A stretch of DNA of 59,088 nucleotides, from positions 531,970-591,057 of the forward strand of contig NMRA01000138.1 of the NCBI GenBank assembly GCA_002633005.1, written 5' to 3'. This document shows, piece by piece, positions 13,041-26,700 of this stretch (position 1 is the stretch's first letter; each line of letters begins with the position of its first letter). The translations under genes and the position numbers were made by a program. The DNA is from Phoronis australis. Its lineage: Eukaryota > Animalia > Phoronida. Below the pieces are notes generated by a model. It was not told the DNA's origin, did not search any database, and worked only from the letters and a program-made list of their open reading frames with translations.

Positions 13041-13831
13041 AGCACAAAAATATTTCTAGGTGATCAGTGCAATGGGCCCACATGCGCGGCCTGCACATGT
13101 CTGGTATAGCGTGTACCAGACCGCCTGCAATTATTTTTTTAAGTGTTACAATTGTTAAACTGAATACATTTCAGTGTTAAAACTTCTGTAACAGTTCAGT
13201 CAAGTTGCAGACACAGTATTTTAGAAATGCTTTCCTCAGTTTTACTCCGGATATAAGCACAGGTTTACATAGGGGCACATGAGCCTCTCTCTGTAAATAC
13301 GCACAGATTTTTTTGTGGTAAGACGATATATTTGCACCAAGTTATGACAAATGATGCAAGTGTTCAATCATTTTAGTGCTTAGCACGTATAATAGAATGT
13401 AGACTTTATTGGTTTGATTTGTAATTGATAATCATCTTTTATTGGCTGATATTCCAATGATGTACTTTTCAGGTCTTACTTCCTGTGCATCTTGGTTGCA
13501 TAATATGAATCAAACTTAATGTTGTTGTTTGTGTTTTGACAGCTTGGTGTTTCTGACAGTGGGGGTCTAATTTAACTTGTTGGGGGTAATGTGAATGTAT
13601 ACTTGGTTTTTTATTTTATTTTTTGCCAATTTCTTTCCAAAGATTATTTTGCAGCTTTATATGGGACAGAATATGTGGGTTTGAAATGGTTGACTGCGGT
13701 TAGCTTTGGTTTTGTTAGTTGATGTGAACATTTTTTGGTAAATAATCAAAGTTTGTGTCCAACTAAGTAATGTTACAACTTGATTTGTGATCTTGCAACA
13801 GTTGATCTCTTCATATTACTTCTCTGGATAG

Positions 13832-13883
13832 GGTTATTACCTGTGGTTATTACCTGTGGTTATTACCTGTGGTTATTACCTGT
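13832..13883. repeat. 13-bp tandem repeat, ~4 copies
   Basis: Unit ggttattacctgt. Confidence 0.9.
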
Positions 13884-14514
13884 CGTACTTTTTAGAGCAA
13901 CATGCAAACTGTGAGCCAAAACCAAAATGGAACTGAAGCCGGAAAGTTGTGAACCGTTTCTGCCCTAAATGTATGGTGCTAGTTGGGTTTAATATTGCGT
14001 TCTAGTTCAGTACCTCACAGGGTCTTGTGGGGTAATAGTGCACAGAGTTAAGAAACAATGTAGCTGACTTTTTGTTGTGGGTGTTCAGTTGTTTCAGTTA
14101 TCTTCTGTCACATTAGGACATGATTCATGGTAGGCTTAGCAGGGTATGTTGTGGAAATTACTAGACGAATACTGTTTCATGTTGTGATATTAACGTACGC
14201 AATCTGCTTTTGCTTGTTCGCTGATTATTAAAGCTTATAAACCCTCATTTCCTCAAAAGAAGTGAACTTCTGATTCAGTTCCCTTACCACCATGATATCG
14301 GTCTCACCTTGTTCTGTACTCAGATGAGTAACAACCAACGATCAGTTATTTTGAAATACTGAAATCGCCTCTACTTTGACAAATGGATAATTTGAGACCA
14401 ATTTCATACTGGTAAGTGGTCTAAATCAAAAGTAGTTACAGCTGATTTAAGTTTTGTGTGTTACATTTAGTTATGCGGTGTTGTTTTAGTTTCACTTCGG
14501 GGGCCTGTTTATCA

Positions 14515-14614
14515 GAGGTTATATGCCTAGTCTTAGCTGAGGTTGTATGCCTAGTCTTAGCTGAGGTTGTATGCCTAGTCTTAGCTGAGGTTGTATGCCT
14601 AGTCTTAGCTGAGG
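14515..14614. repeat. 24-bp tandem repeat, ~4 copies
   Basis: Unit gaggttgtatgcctagtcttagct. Confidence 0.93.
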
Positions 14615-15357
14615 CCATTGTAACACACTCACAGTTCATTGACATGGTTCAGGAAGTTGGTCATTACATGTGAACAATAACCACTTTTGTGTCAGTTGCT
14701 AGTTTGCTGTAAGAAAAATGGGCATCACATCAATGGGCCAAGATAGTCTCAGCTGCAATAGGGTGTAAGACCTTTGACAAAGGGGCCCCTCTTCTGTTGT
14801 TTTTCTTTCAATAATGTGCACAATCATGATTATCCATAAAAAGTGAAATCTCACTTGTTGGTTCTCTCATTGTCAACTGGCACAATAACAGCTGATTCCC
14901 GTTTGTTAAAACATGATGATGATTGGTTCAAAAGCAATGTGTATAAGGTTGATCAGTACTTGACCAGATTTGGTTATATTAAAATAATTGGATTGTTCCA
15001 AATACTTGAAAACAGTTGGCGTTTGTCTAGTCACCCAATCACTTTGTTTGATGTATTATTGCATATTGTTAGATAATTCTCAAAAATTGCCTGTTGTTGC
15101 CTCTCCCTTCATTTTATCAAAAGAAGTTTAATATTCAAACGAAAGGTGGATTTAGGGGGCTCAGGGAGCTTGACCAAAGAATAAACAGGGACAACATATG
15201 ATTTTAGGACTATGTCCTTTGGAAATTGTTGTCTCCATTTAATGACATCTTACTTCCGCTATACTAGCAGTTTGTGTGAAATGAAAAGTTGAGTGTTTTT
15301 GTCTACCACATTTCACTGTAATGTGCACAACTCTTCATGTTAAAGAAATGATATTTT

Positions 15358-15363
15358 AATAAA
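15358..15363 (+). terminator. Candidate distal poly(A) signal of RCE1
   Basis: AATAAA at the end of a ~3.2-kb T/G-skewed region downstream of the RCE1 stop. Confidence 0.35.
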
Positions 15364-16328
15364 AAAAAGATTATTTAAACTCTCAGTGTCTTATTACTTG
15401 ATGACGTTCTACCTCTTGGGTTTCCATAAATGCATTAGGCGAAATGTTGAATCTCAAAGTGTGAAATGAGTCCTCACAGGACAGGTTACTAAGATTGCCA
15501 TATCAATAGCAAGTTCATGTTTGCTGGTGACCCAGTTTTTGGATAGCGAGCTGGAGGGGTGTGGTTTAAGGCTAGCACAAGTTGTAACTATTATTTCTGG
15601 CCCAATTTTCATGGTTCAAAAAAGAATTCTGAATGGTTTTTACAATTGATGCATATACACCCAACAAACGCAAAATAAGTAGAAATTATGGATCAGTACA
15701 GACTGGCAAGGTTGGTTTGTAACACGAGACAACTGGTACAGTGAATGAGGAATTGTAGGCTCAGCATGACATTCTGGGCTTGAAGGAGGTAATTAGACCG
15801 CACAGTAGCTTAGAATTTTGCGAACGGTCGTAAATCATCAGTGTCATTCACACACATTAAGCCTTTTGAAATGAGTGACACGCAAGGTCAGTGAAAGTAT
15901 TCAGTTTGTGAACCTTGCTGCTTAGTCCTTACACCACTGTCCCTGTTGGTCTGTGTAACAGCTTAACAAAGGATTTAGGGTCCTGGCTGAGAAGATAATT
16001 GCTTTGTTAACCCCTGTTGAGTTTGAATAGCCAGCCCAGAACTATGACGCTGTCTCAACTATGAAAACACAAAATTGAATAATGTTGAGATGCATGTGAA
16101 ATCAAAGACCCTGGCACAGACATGTTAATCGATGGGTTTCCATTTGCATTTCCGCAAACCACCTTATGTGATTATGTTATTCCTCTCAAAAATATAATAT
16201 TTACTAAATAAAAACATGCCATCTAGAAAAAAGGGCATAGTTACTATAAACCATAGATATTTTGGTTTCAAAAAATGACTTTCTTTACAGGCGTAGTATT
16301 TCACTGATCTTCTAAAGCAAGGTCATCG

Positions 16329-17431
16329 TTTCTCTGGCTTTGCTTGAATTGAAGTTCAGTCTGCATGGTTGGACCAAGGAGTGTAGTACACCAAGACGCC
16401 TGCTTCAGAGAATGTCAGCAAGGAGTGTAGACGTATACACTCCTTAATGTCAGGATGAAACTAACCTGCCGTTACCAGACTGGTCTTGAAACATAACAAA
16501 CTAAGTCAGTGTCAGTTATCAAGCTTCGACACGATTCTTTTTGATGGAATCAAATGAGGCTAAGCCACCATCGAAAGGTATTTTGTGAGAATGCCCCGAA
16601 AGTATTAGCGCATCAGTCGTCAGGGTGGTCTGATGTACCATGGCCACTGGTCTAGTGCAGATCAGATAGCTCAAAATTCACAGCACTCAAAGTAATGAGT
16701 GGTTTCATACTATGCCAAGAAAAACATTGCAGAAAAGTCTTAAAATAGAAAAAGACCGTATTTCTTGAAAACCGCCGGATATTTCCTTCGCACAAAAATG
16801 TTTCAACTTGTGTGACATTGGCAACTTTTTTACCAGCCACAGCAAAAATGCATTATTGAGAACAATTTGTTTTAAGTGTTCTCAAACCAATCCGCGAAAA
16901 TTACTTAAAACTAATGCCCATTGTTATTTTACCGGGATATAAGGCCAGTTACCGGTCTTTCCGAGTCGTCATAAGCCAATAGTCAAATCGGTAATGTTTA
17001 AAGTAATTGTGAGTAGGTAAGTCAGGGCCGAGGGAAGGGGGGGGGGGAGCGGGGCACGGGCCCCTCCAAAAATTTTCAGGCGGCGCTTAAACCGTGGCAA
17101 CNTTTCTCTGGCTTTGCTTGAATTGAAGTTCAGTCTGCATGGTTGGACCAAGGAGTGTAGTACACCAAGACGCCTGCTTCAGAGAATGTCAGCAAGGAGT
17201 GTAGACGTATACACTCCTTATGTCAGGATGAAACTAACCTGCCGTTACCAGACTGGTCTTGAAACAATAACAAACTAAGTCAGTGTCAGTTATCAAGCTT
17301 CGACACGATTCTTTTTGATGGAATCAAATGAGGCTAAGCCACCATCGAAAGGTATTTTGTGAGAATGCCCCGAAAGTATTAGCGGGCCCCTCCAAAAATT
17401 TTCAGGGGCATCAGGGTTAAACCGTGGCAAC
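16329..17431. repeat. ~282-bp direct duplication (16329-16610 = 17103-17384) next to an N
   Basis: The copies differ only by two 1-nt indels. The second copy starts right after the N at 17102 and is bracketed by a duplicated gcccctccaaaaattttcagg...taaaccgtggcaac. Confidence 0.85.
16419..16446. mobile_element. 28-bp palindromic mini-element/footprint with 7-bp TSD
   Basis: atgtcag|caaggagtgtagacgtatacactcctta|atgtcag; arms aaggagtgta/tacactcctt. Confidence 0.65.
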
Positions 17432-17749
17432 CGACATACAAGTTGAGCGGGGACAGTCGAGAAAATAAAGACTGCTAAATGAGAGAGAAAACTCAAAATA
17501 ACACATTTAACAACTCTGTATCAGTGAAAGGTTTACCGCGGCCAGGACATTGTTGTTGGAGTCTTGGCTTTCGTAGCACAGGTCGTCTAAATGCACTCGA
17601 AACGTGCACGTAATGATTCAAGCATATTTCGAAAAATCGACAAAACTAAGTGAAGCTTTTGCGGAGCGTATTAATTTACTGGATTTTTAAATTCAGTTTG
17701 CGACTGCAAAACCATATTTTCCAGAGGCCCTCTCTGGCAAGGGATAACG

Positions 17750-18105
17750 GAGACAACTGTCGCTGCTTTTTTTCGAATTGTATATCACTTGAGAAAAATT
17801 GATAATTGATGACCTGACAGATATCATCAATTGCTGCACATTTCAAGAAAATGTAGATATTTTCACGTATAGGAGCCCAACGTCTGAAGGAGGCCATTGA
17901 TGACATTCAAGTGACCACAGTTTTATATTTCTATTGACAAATTCTTAAGGGTACGCTCACGGAGAGAGGACCTAATTTTGGACTCGATTACGTCTATTTC
18001 CTGTTTTTTTGTGAAATTGTGCAACCAACTTTCATGTTGAATAAAGTCACTTCCTGCACCGTCGTCTGGCCACACGACGGTGGAGTGAATTGTCACTCTT
18101 TTCAA
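17750..18105 (-). pseudogene. Possible hAT transposase C-terminal (dimerisation domain) remnant
   Basis: SKIRSSLRERTLKNLSIEI resembles the hAT C-terminal motif (K..LRS.M...RL..L...SIE). A cagggccg terminus lies at ~17023. Weak similarity. Confidence 0.3.
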
Positions 18106-18789
18106 GCTTAATGATGTTTAGCTTTTCATAGTTAAGGTGTCCCATTTCAGACGGAACCCTCTCTCGGTGGAGCAGTTCGGAGAAATGTCCCTTTGTACCT
18201 CTTTACATGTAAATCCGACACTGCCAAGTATTCACCAGTGAATTTGCGATTCGAAATTCGTCAAAAAAACACAAAACATTCGTGCACAGCACAGCAGTAT
18301 CAAGACATTCGACCCAAACAGCCAAAAAAATGTGCAAATATTTGGACCGCCATCGAAAGGTAGTCAGGAATTTAAAGAACGTGAAGACCGCTGTTTTTAA
18401 TTACACAAAAGGACTATTTCCGATGGTTAGTTATAAAATAACGTTACTGTTTCCCATATTATCACAAGAATAGTATCTCTTTTGAAGATGGTTACTATGA
18501 GTGTTTGTAAAGAATTCGCACATGTGGAAAACACTGCTTTCGAGGCTACCATTGGGGTGACCGCGTACATGTCGAACGAGTGTACCCAAATACTCGCAAT
18601 AATAAACAAATTAAACAAATATTTCAGCGTTATTTTGAGGTCAAGTTAGATTCATGAACCTTCATGGATACCTCGGATAGTGCAAAAATACACGTCACTA
18701 TGAATGCCCAATCCCCATATTCCCCATGTTACTCGTCAAAGTCTGTGAGCATGCATGCAGAAATTGCTTGTAACATTCCGTTTTGATTA

Positions 18790-19500
18790 ACAAATTCGTT
18801 GGTTTCTGATTTAAATGTTTATGTAACTACGAAAACCGACAGGTTAATTGGTGATTTTTGGCAATTAGAAGCTAATCTAAGCTAAAAAATGATGACGATT
18901 AAGGAAATTTAATTGAAGCCTGAATATGGAAAAATATAACCCGATCCCCAAATAGTAAAGTGCACTTGGGACGCTTTTTTGCCTATATAAAATAACTGTC
19001 AAAAACATTGATGAAATTTGGACACTTCCCAAAAAAAATTTGCTCACAACTCAAATGATAATAAATGCATTGCTTTTTGACTTCGGTACAAGATTTGCTG
19101 TTTAAGGTCACTAACAGGGCATTAAAAAGGAATTAAGTCATTAAATCAAAGTAAATGCATTTTGCTCATGGATTTGATTGTTGGTTTCTGATTTACATGT
19201 TTATGTATCTACGAAAGTGGACTGCTTGAGAGATGATTTTTTTGACAATTAGAAGCTAATCTTGTAAGAAATGATAATACTTCAATGAAATTAATTGCAG
19301 GCCGACATTTGGAAATTCGAGCTATCATCAGATCCCCAAATACAGTACACTAAACGATTTTTGTCTATCTGAAATAAGTCTCAAGGAAATAGATGAATTT
19401 CGGACAGCTCAATAATGTGTCCTAAAATGTTCTCACAATTCAAATGACAATGAATTGTTTATTGGCTTAGAAACTAGATTACTGGGTTAAAGTTTACAAA
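18790..19500. repeat. Diverged ~390-bp direct duplication
   Basis: gttggtttctgattta.atgtttatgta.ctacgaaa...caattagaagctaatct...gatccccaaata...ctcacaa.tcaaatga occurs at ~18798 and ~19180. Confidence 0.75.
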
Positions 19501-19673
19501 CCTAGATCAAAAACGAAGTTTAAGTACTTGTTCAATCTCATTGGTCATCAACCTGGAAAGGTTGTCTTTGAACTTCCTTGATGTTTTTGGTGTCCAGTAG
19601 TATTGCGCAATGAATTTTTGTTCTTCAAAACTTAATCGTTTGCTTGCATTTCCCGTGTATACTATACACAGGG

Positions 19674-19921
19674 CATGTGCGCATCCAGCCTAAAATAGAG
19701 GGGGCTCGAATTTTTGAGGATGTGTAGGCCTACCTTTTACTAAAGAAAAAATAGAACACGGGGCTCGTTCAGGGCTATGAATTGTGCATACGCCGAATCC
19801 TGCCCTTTCAGTGGACTTTTGTCTCGTTTTTCTCATATTTTTGTTTCTCTGAGGCGGACATTTTTACCCCGCACTTTGCCATCTAGCCCCCTGACCTCCA
19901 ACCCCCGTAGGTGCGCGCATG
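19674..19921. mobile_element. GC-rich MITE (hAT-like termini)
   Basis: catgtgcgcatcca ... taggtgcgcgcatg inverted ends with G/C tracts inside; no clear TSD. Confidence 0.5.
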
Positions 19922-20520
19922 CACGGAGCACATGACAGGCATGACACCCACGTTAAAAATAAGGTGTAACCATGGAGCAGGCCTGCTTGGAATCACATTT
20001 ACCCACGGGAACTGAATTTGAACCCCAGACGTTGAAGTGTGTACATTTTTGGGACACGCTCTTTATCATTTTCCCCAGCAACCAGAAACTGGACTACCGG
20101 CTGTGTTTCATCAAGGAATTCTGAAACGGCCACAAAGACACTCATGCCAGGCACCTCGGGACCTCGCCTACTTCAAAGAATCCCCATAATAAAATGAAGT
20201 TTTCCCTAAAAGTAATAAACGCAAGGGGGTAGTAGGTTGGGGAAGTCAATGAATTGGTTTGTTCCCCCCATTAATTTTTTCCTTCCTACGGGCCTGGTAA
20301 GTAAAACAAGTTTATTTTACTGAAACCACTGAGTCGTGGGTACATAGACTAACATTGGCAGAGATGCTATTGTTAGGCCTACCGATAAAAATCATGTAAC
20401 ATTATGAAATATTGCTAGAAGCACTCCACACAAATAATGAATAAATACTACTACGAAAACAAACGCTTTTGGTCAGCCAGAATGCAATGGCTCACTGGCA
20501 GCCGGACTACGGGCCTATAA

Positions 20521-20675
20521 CATGGGCTGCGCACCCCGCGGTGCGGGGGGGCTGGGGGGCTATAGGCCCCCAATTTTTTCAACGCTGCTCTGTCCATGGT
20601 CTATGAGCGGTGCACCACAGGGGGATTGGGGGCTATAGCCCCAACCCCCACTTTTTCGGTGCTGCGCCGCCCATG
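20521..20675. mobile_element. MITE with 5-bp TSD, 115 bp upstream of the ZC3H14 ATG
   Basis: tataa|catgggctgcgcac ... gctgcgccgcccatg|tataa; two internal G-rich subunits. Confidence 0.65.
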
Positions 20676-20789
20676 TATAATGGTTATGACATTCACATTC
20701 CGGGTACTAGGCCTACAGTAGATGTCGCTATCAGTGAGTTATTCGAAAGCATTTAGTCTACCTGATTTCCGGTTGAAACTCGCAGCAAA

Positions 20790-23700
20790 ATGGAAATCGG
20801 CACGGAAATTAGTCAGAAGATAAGAGTGAGTATTTTTTATAGAGCCACCTAACGAAGATATCAGCCCATTCTAAGTAGTACCAATGTGCGCTAATGCATT
20901 TTTGCCATATGGAAGCAACAGAGGACGTTGCATTTTGCTTTGACAGTTTAAAACATGACGTCCATCTCGTCTACATCTGCTAGGTGCTCACCGTCTCAAG
21001 TGTGGTAGTGGAGACGGTGGTCATCCCATAGCATACTAGCATAGGCGGCGCAGCACTGAAATAAGTGTTATTTAGGGATTGCCTGGTTCTCTAGTTTACG
21101 AGGGAACACTACATATCCGACCAGTGCCGGGAAAATCACATGTAATAACGTAAATTTCAATCAACCTTTGTTCATACTGGCTTTCTTAACTACTGTCTAT
21201 AGCGGGAGTATAGCGATTTTACTCACTAAACAATAATTGATTAACCATTCACATACATGTCAATGGTTCGTGTGATTGGTTAAGGATTCCTCCAATTCCG
21301 TTACACAAGTAAAGATGAAATGAGTGTTGGTGGGGCCAGTAATTACAAAAATTCGTTACACTGAAAAACAGGTTTCAACTTTAGTGCTTAAATGAATATC
21401 TGAGTTGATTTTGAGATTTTAAGCGTAATTCCAAGTTCAGGCACAACACATCGCCATCGGCAACACCTCTAGTCTGCTCAGTCACGAAATGTCCATTAGT
21501 CGTCTGAGCCCCAGCCAACAAAACTTAGTACTGCTATAGTTTAAAACTAAAATGGTGTTCTTCAAAGTATATGAATCTCTTAGATGGTGACGAATTAGCC
21601 AAAGCAAACATTTCTTTAAAATGCTCTTTACTAAATAATTAAATGCATTTATGTGTAGAAAAATCCACTTCTTCTATGACAGGACTCGAATCTTGACCAC
21701 CAGCGTGTAAATCAAACGTCCAAATAAACCGACTGCCAAAGAAAAATTGTGTGCTAGTGAGTGATTTAGAGCTAGACATTTATTTGACTATATCACAATC
21801 GGAGCTATAAATTTGAAAATGGCAGCAGATTACAGCAACACTGGTGGTATCTTGGAATTTCCATTTAGAGTCCTGAAATTTGCCACCATAGATGCTTATC
21901 ATGCTGGATTGTCCCTGAGGTCTTGCATATATCTCAGGAGCATGGGTCTTAGTAGAGTGTCACTGGCTAGAAAGATTCACTTGACCAATTCTGGTACTCG
22001 AACCTGAGCTGCTGGCATTTGAGCTAAGTGTTCAAACTGATTAGCCAAAGAGTTATTGCCTGCTAGTGAACGATTTACAAAGGCCTTTTTTCGACTGTAT
22101 GTCACATTGGCTGCCAGCTGTGTCAAGTCAGCAAGCCTGACATTGATATCTCTTGAGAATCTTCCCAGTTAATAAATATTCATTAACGCAATAAAGTTAG
22201 GTTTGTACTTACAGCTAAACTCCCATTTGTGAGTTTGCTCTGACTTACCTGACGTGTTCTAGTTTGTCTTGATGTATTCTTTTGTAGGCTGCAATCAAAG
22301 CGAAACTTGTAGATCTAGGGGCATATGTTGGTAAGTCAACTCTATCTTGTTAATTTTCCGTTAGTGTGACAAGATATCACAATTCTTCTGAAACTTAGTT
22401 TTCCTTTCAGTACTGAATTGGAAAAATTTGAAACAAAATACCATTTTATTTGTTCTTAATTTTTCTTTGCTTCTTTGGATGAAGATTGGTCTCACGTCGG
22501 AGGTGATTGGTCTCACATTTGAGGTTATTTCTGTGCTTCGAAAGAACTTACAGTTCTGTATTGCTTGAGACCAGGCTCTGCAATTTGGCGTGTCATAGTG
22601 TTTGGCTTGTCACAGTGTTTGGCTTGTCACAGTGTTTGGCTTGTCACAGTGTTTGGCTTGTCATAGTGTTTCATTTTACCCACCAAGCGTAGTCTCAAGG
22701 AATGATGACCTGTCAGTTCTTGGCATGCCCAGAAATCACTTCTCACCAGAGTAAGGAATAAGTTGAGACCGAGTCAAAACTTTGCTTAAATAGTCTTTGA
22801 CTGAACATGGTTTTATAGCCATTTTAAATGAAGTAGATTAACAACATGTACCCAGCCTGATTAGCTAATCCTTTGTTACTCTGTTTTTCATAGATGATGA
22901 GTTGCCAGATTACATCATGGTCATGGTGGCCAATAAGAAAAACCTGCAACAGATGACAGAAGACCTCAGCCTCTTTTTGGCGGATAATTCACAAAAGTTC
23001 TGCACGTGGTAAAGTGCTATTTTACTGTATTCATTTACTGAATGAAGGTGCAATAAATGGACGCCTTCTATTAAAATCTAACTTTTGATTTAAGGTGTGT
23101 CTTAGTATTTTAAAATCGGTCTTATATCTTTTCTTAAAAAACTCTGTTTAGTAAAAACCCCGGTTTTCCATTTTCAAACAGACATCGGTTTTAGCAAACA
23201 TAAAATCTGTTTTTTGTAATTAAAAGTAATAAATTCCGTTTTACTATTTCAAAGTAATAAAGGTGTTCTGGAAATTGTTTTATTCTTTGCCGTTTATTTA
23301 TGATACAGCTCTGTTTTATCAATAATTTGCTGCACACCATTTTATGCACCCACATTTTTATGTGGATGCATTATGCTGTCATCCCCATCCTTCTGCCGTC
23401 CGCCGCTCTATCTCCAAAACCCTCTGATGTATGTTCATGAAATTTTGCACGCGCTCCTTTCATGAGTGGGATGGCATAAGTGAACTTTCGGATGGATCTG
23501 ACTACCGGTGTTCCCCCAAGAGGCAATTTTAGTTTTTACATTTACCTCTGTATCTTCAAAGGCCCTCAACGAATTTTCGTAAAATTTGGACTATAGGCAT
23601 CTATCGGTGAGCTGATGCTATCCTCCTATTTTTGTGTCCGCCCCTCTATCAACCAAACTATTCTATGATTGTGAAAATTGGCATTTATGTTCTCAGTGTT

Positions 23701-26700
23701 AAGAGGACGGTTGACGATGAGGACTCCGACTACTGTGGTGTCTCCTAGTGGCAGTTTTGTTTTTTCTACGCCCATAGTTGTATCTCCTAAACCCACCACA
23801 GGATCTTTATTAAATTTTGTAAATGTATTCATATAAAGACATATATGAAGTCAACATCAGACAATGACAACTTTCAGACGAATCCGACAAGTGCTGTGCC
23901 TCGTAGTAGCAATTTCATTTTTTTCGTTTCCTTTGAAGTTCCTTTACGTATTTTTGTGAAATTTGATATATAGCTTTCTATTTCAAAATATTGATATGTT
24001 CCCATTTTCATATGGATTCGATGTATTTTGCACCACGTAGCTGCCATTTTTACTGTTTTCTAGCCTTTTTTGGCATCAATCAAGCACCTCTAAGGATGAT
24101 TTTGAAAACCGGCACATATGTGTGAAGAGGATATTTGATGATGATTTTCCGACGACTTTGACTGCAGTGGCGACTGCTAGTGGCAGTTTTTTTAGCTGTA
24201 TCTCCTAAACCCACAGCAGGATCTTTATTGAATTTAGAAAGTGAATTTATATGAAGTTGACAACAGACGAGGATGACTTTCGGATTGAGCTCAATACCGG
24301 TATGCCCCCAAGTGTCAATTTCATATGTTCTCCTTTGTTTCTCTGGAGTTCCTTGACGAATTTTGGTAGTTGAAGAACAAAAATAATACAACTAGAATAT
24401 CTACTACTGAAATATCAAACAGTTAACGGTAACCAGTGCCTGGTTGCATTAAATAGTCCCAAATAGGTACTCAACAATGTTCCCCAACTTTTCGCATCAT
24501 TTGTGGACTTATACGAGCACTGATAGTTCTTTCTAATGCTGTTTTATAATTAAGTCAATTTTAACTGTGATGCACACCTAGGGTATACTCTCTTGAATTC
24601 TCTATATTGTTGAAATTATATAGGGAGCTTTTCTTGCAATGCCCCTAATTTAAGGACTTAGTCATCATTTATTTTCAGTGAAATAAGAGCTCAGTTCTTA
24701 GATGTTTTATAAGAAAATATCATGAGTCAAAGAGTAGCTCATAATAAAGATAAATTGGTAGAAAAAGAACATTAGAGAACTCCAATAAGTCCCTATTTGG
24801 GACTATTTCATGCAAATGGGCAGCATGGAGTGTTGTCACTTTAAATGAAGATTTTCTATTCAGATTTTCTAGTCAGTCACAAATAGGATTGCAGTAGTTG
24901 GATCATGACTGATTGTGAAATATATCTGAATATGACAAGTTGTACATTTTTTCCTTGGTGCTAAAATCTCTAATTTCAGACAAAAAATGACAAATTAAAT
25001 ATTTTCTTCATTTTTATAGACATCTAACATTGTTGTGAATGGCCACAATTTTTTCAAAACATTATGTGATTGTGACTATTGTAATAGAACTTGAAAATGA
25101 TGAAGCATTGATGTGGTGAAATTCATCTTTTTTGACAAAATAAAAAAATCACTTTGTTGTCTTACTGGATCCTATCTTAATTTTACGGTATCCTCTCAAC
25201 ATGGTTTGCACAATATGTTGATTTCTAGCAGTCATGTATTAAGTGATCAATGAACAGAAAAATACTTATTTCATGACAGCCATTTTATTGTATCTGTTTT
25301 ATGTATTCACAGGCTTACTGGATTATTGGATAAATTACAAACACTGACTGCTGGTAGGTTAATATGCATGATTCAATATTTTCTGTTTACATTTCTTTTC
25401 TTTTCATGCCCAGTGCACTCTGACTAAAGTTATCCTTTGGCTCAATGATTTTGACAATGTACCCAGTCATTGAATGCATTATTATCATAGCCACTCACTG
25501 GTACATTAGTTTGCCTTCAAAAGTTAAGTAACTGCTTTCAGTGTCTTATAATTTCTTATAATGTCAAATCAATAGAATCAAAATTATTTGATATATTTGA
25601 AACATTGTTTTTAGCTGGCACATTTCTATAATGTTGCAATTGGATAACTGCTTGGTAAACTGATATTATAAAGGTCCACATACCTAAAACTTCGATTCTA
25701 AGTTTGTTCATGCTATTCTGCAGACCCAGATCAAAGTACACTACAGATGTCCAATGATGGCGCTGTAGTAACAGCAACAAAAACCGAAGCCTCTACTGAG
25801 ACACCACCTGCTGTCGAGATAGATATCACAGAAAAAACAGGTGAGCTATAGTCAGGCTTCATTTTGGAGGACTTGATTTTCTTGAGTTAAGGTAGGTGGA
25901 TACACAAAAAAATTAATTTTGACTGTTTTTTACATTTTTATGTCATCCTAATCTTTAACTCTTGATGCACAGTATACTGAAGAAAAATAAAATCATTCTG
26001 AAAATCCAAAGTTGTTTTTTTAGCTATATTTGACCAAGCCTCAGTAAGTCATATGGCTNGCCAGGGTTTTTTGATAAATGGACCAGATTTTTAGTTATAA
26101 GACGGAAAGTGACCAAATGACAAAAAGTGGCGTGCTTGCCCCAACTCACACACAAAAAATGCCACAAAATCAAGATCATAATGATTTTGTACATATATTT
26201 GGTATGGATAGGTAGAATATTGCGTAAGGAAACAGTTGATGATGATCCCTGTGCATTTTGAAAAAAAATTCGAGGTAAAATTGGATTTTTTGAAAATTAA
26301 AAAATACGATTTTTTAAAAAAACGAACTACAAAAAAACTTTTTTTTTTCGATTTTTGTCACTTTCAGAGTCGTATCTAACTAGTTAAAACTCCCTTTTTA
26401 CTCATTTTAGTTAGGAACCTGGAGATTTGATCAGTGTATACACCTACCTTAACTGTGATCTCACTACTCGTCTTTTGGTATATTATTGTGTTGTGCAGCT
26501 CCGTTCCTAATGATGGGACCTTACCCTAGAATAATATTAGGTTCAGTTTGTATAACATAATAGCAATTGAAATCTTATCGTTAAAACAAGGACAGTTTTT
26601 ATGATCTTTCAGTTCATTAATTGCTTTCTTAGAGTCGTACACTCCCAAGTGTGTGTTTTCAGACGAGTTCTCTGTTGAGATGGAAAAATCTGGAAAGAAA

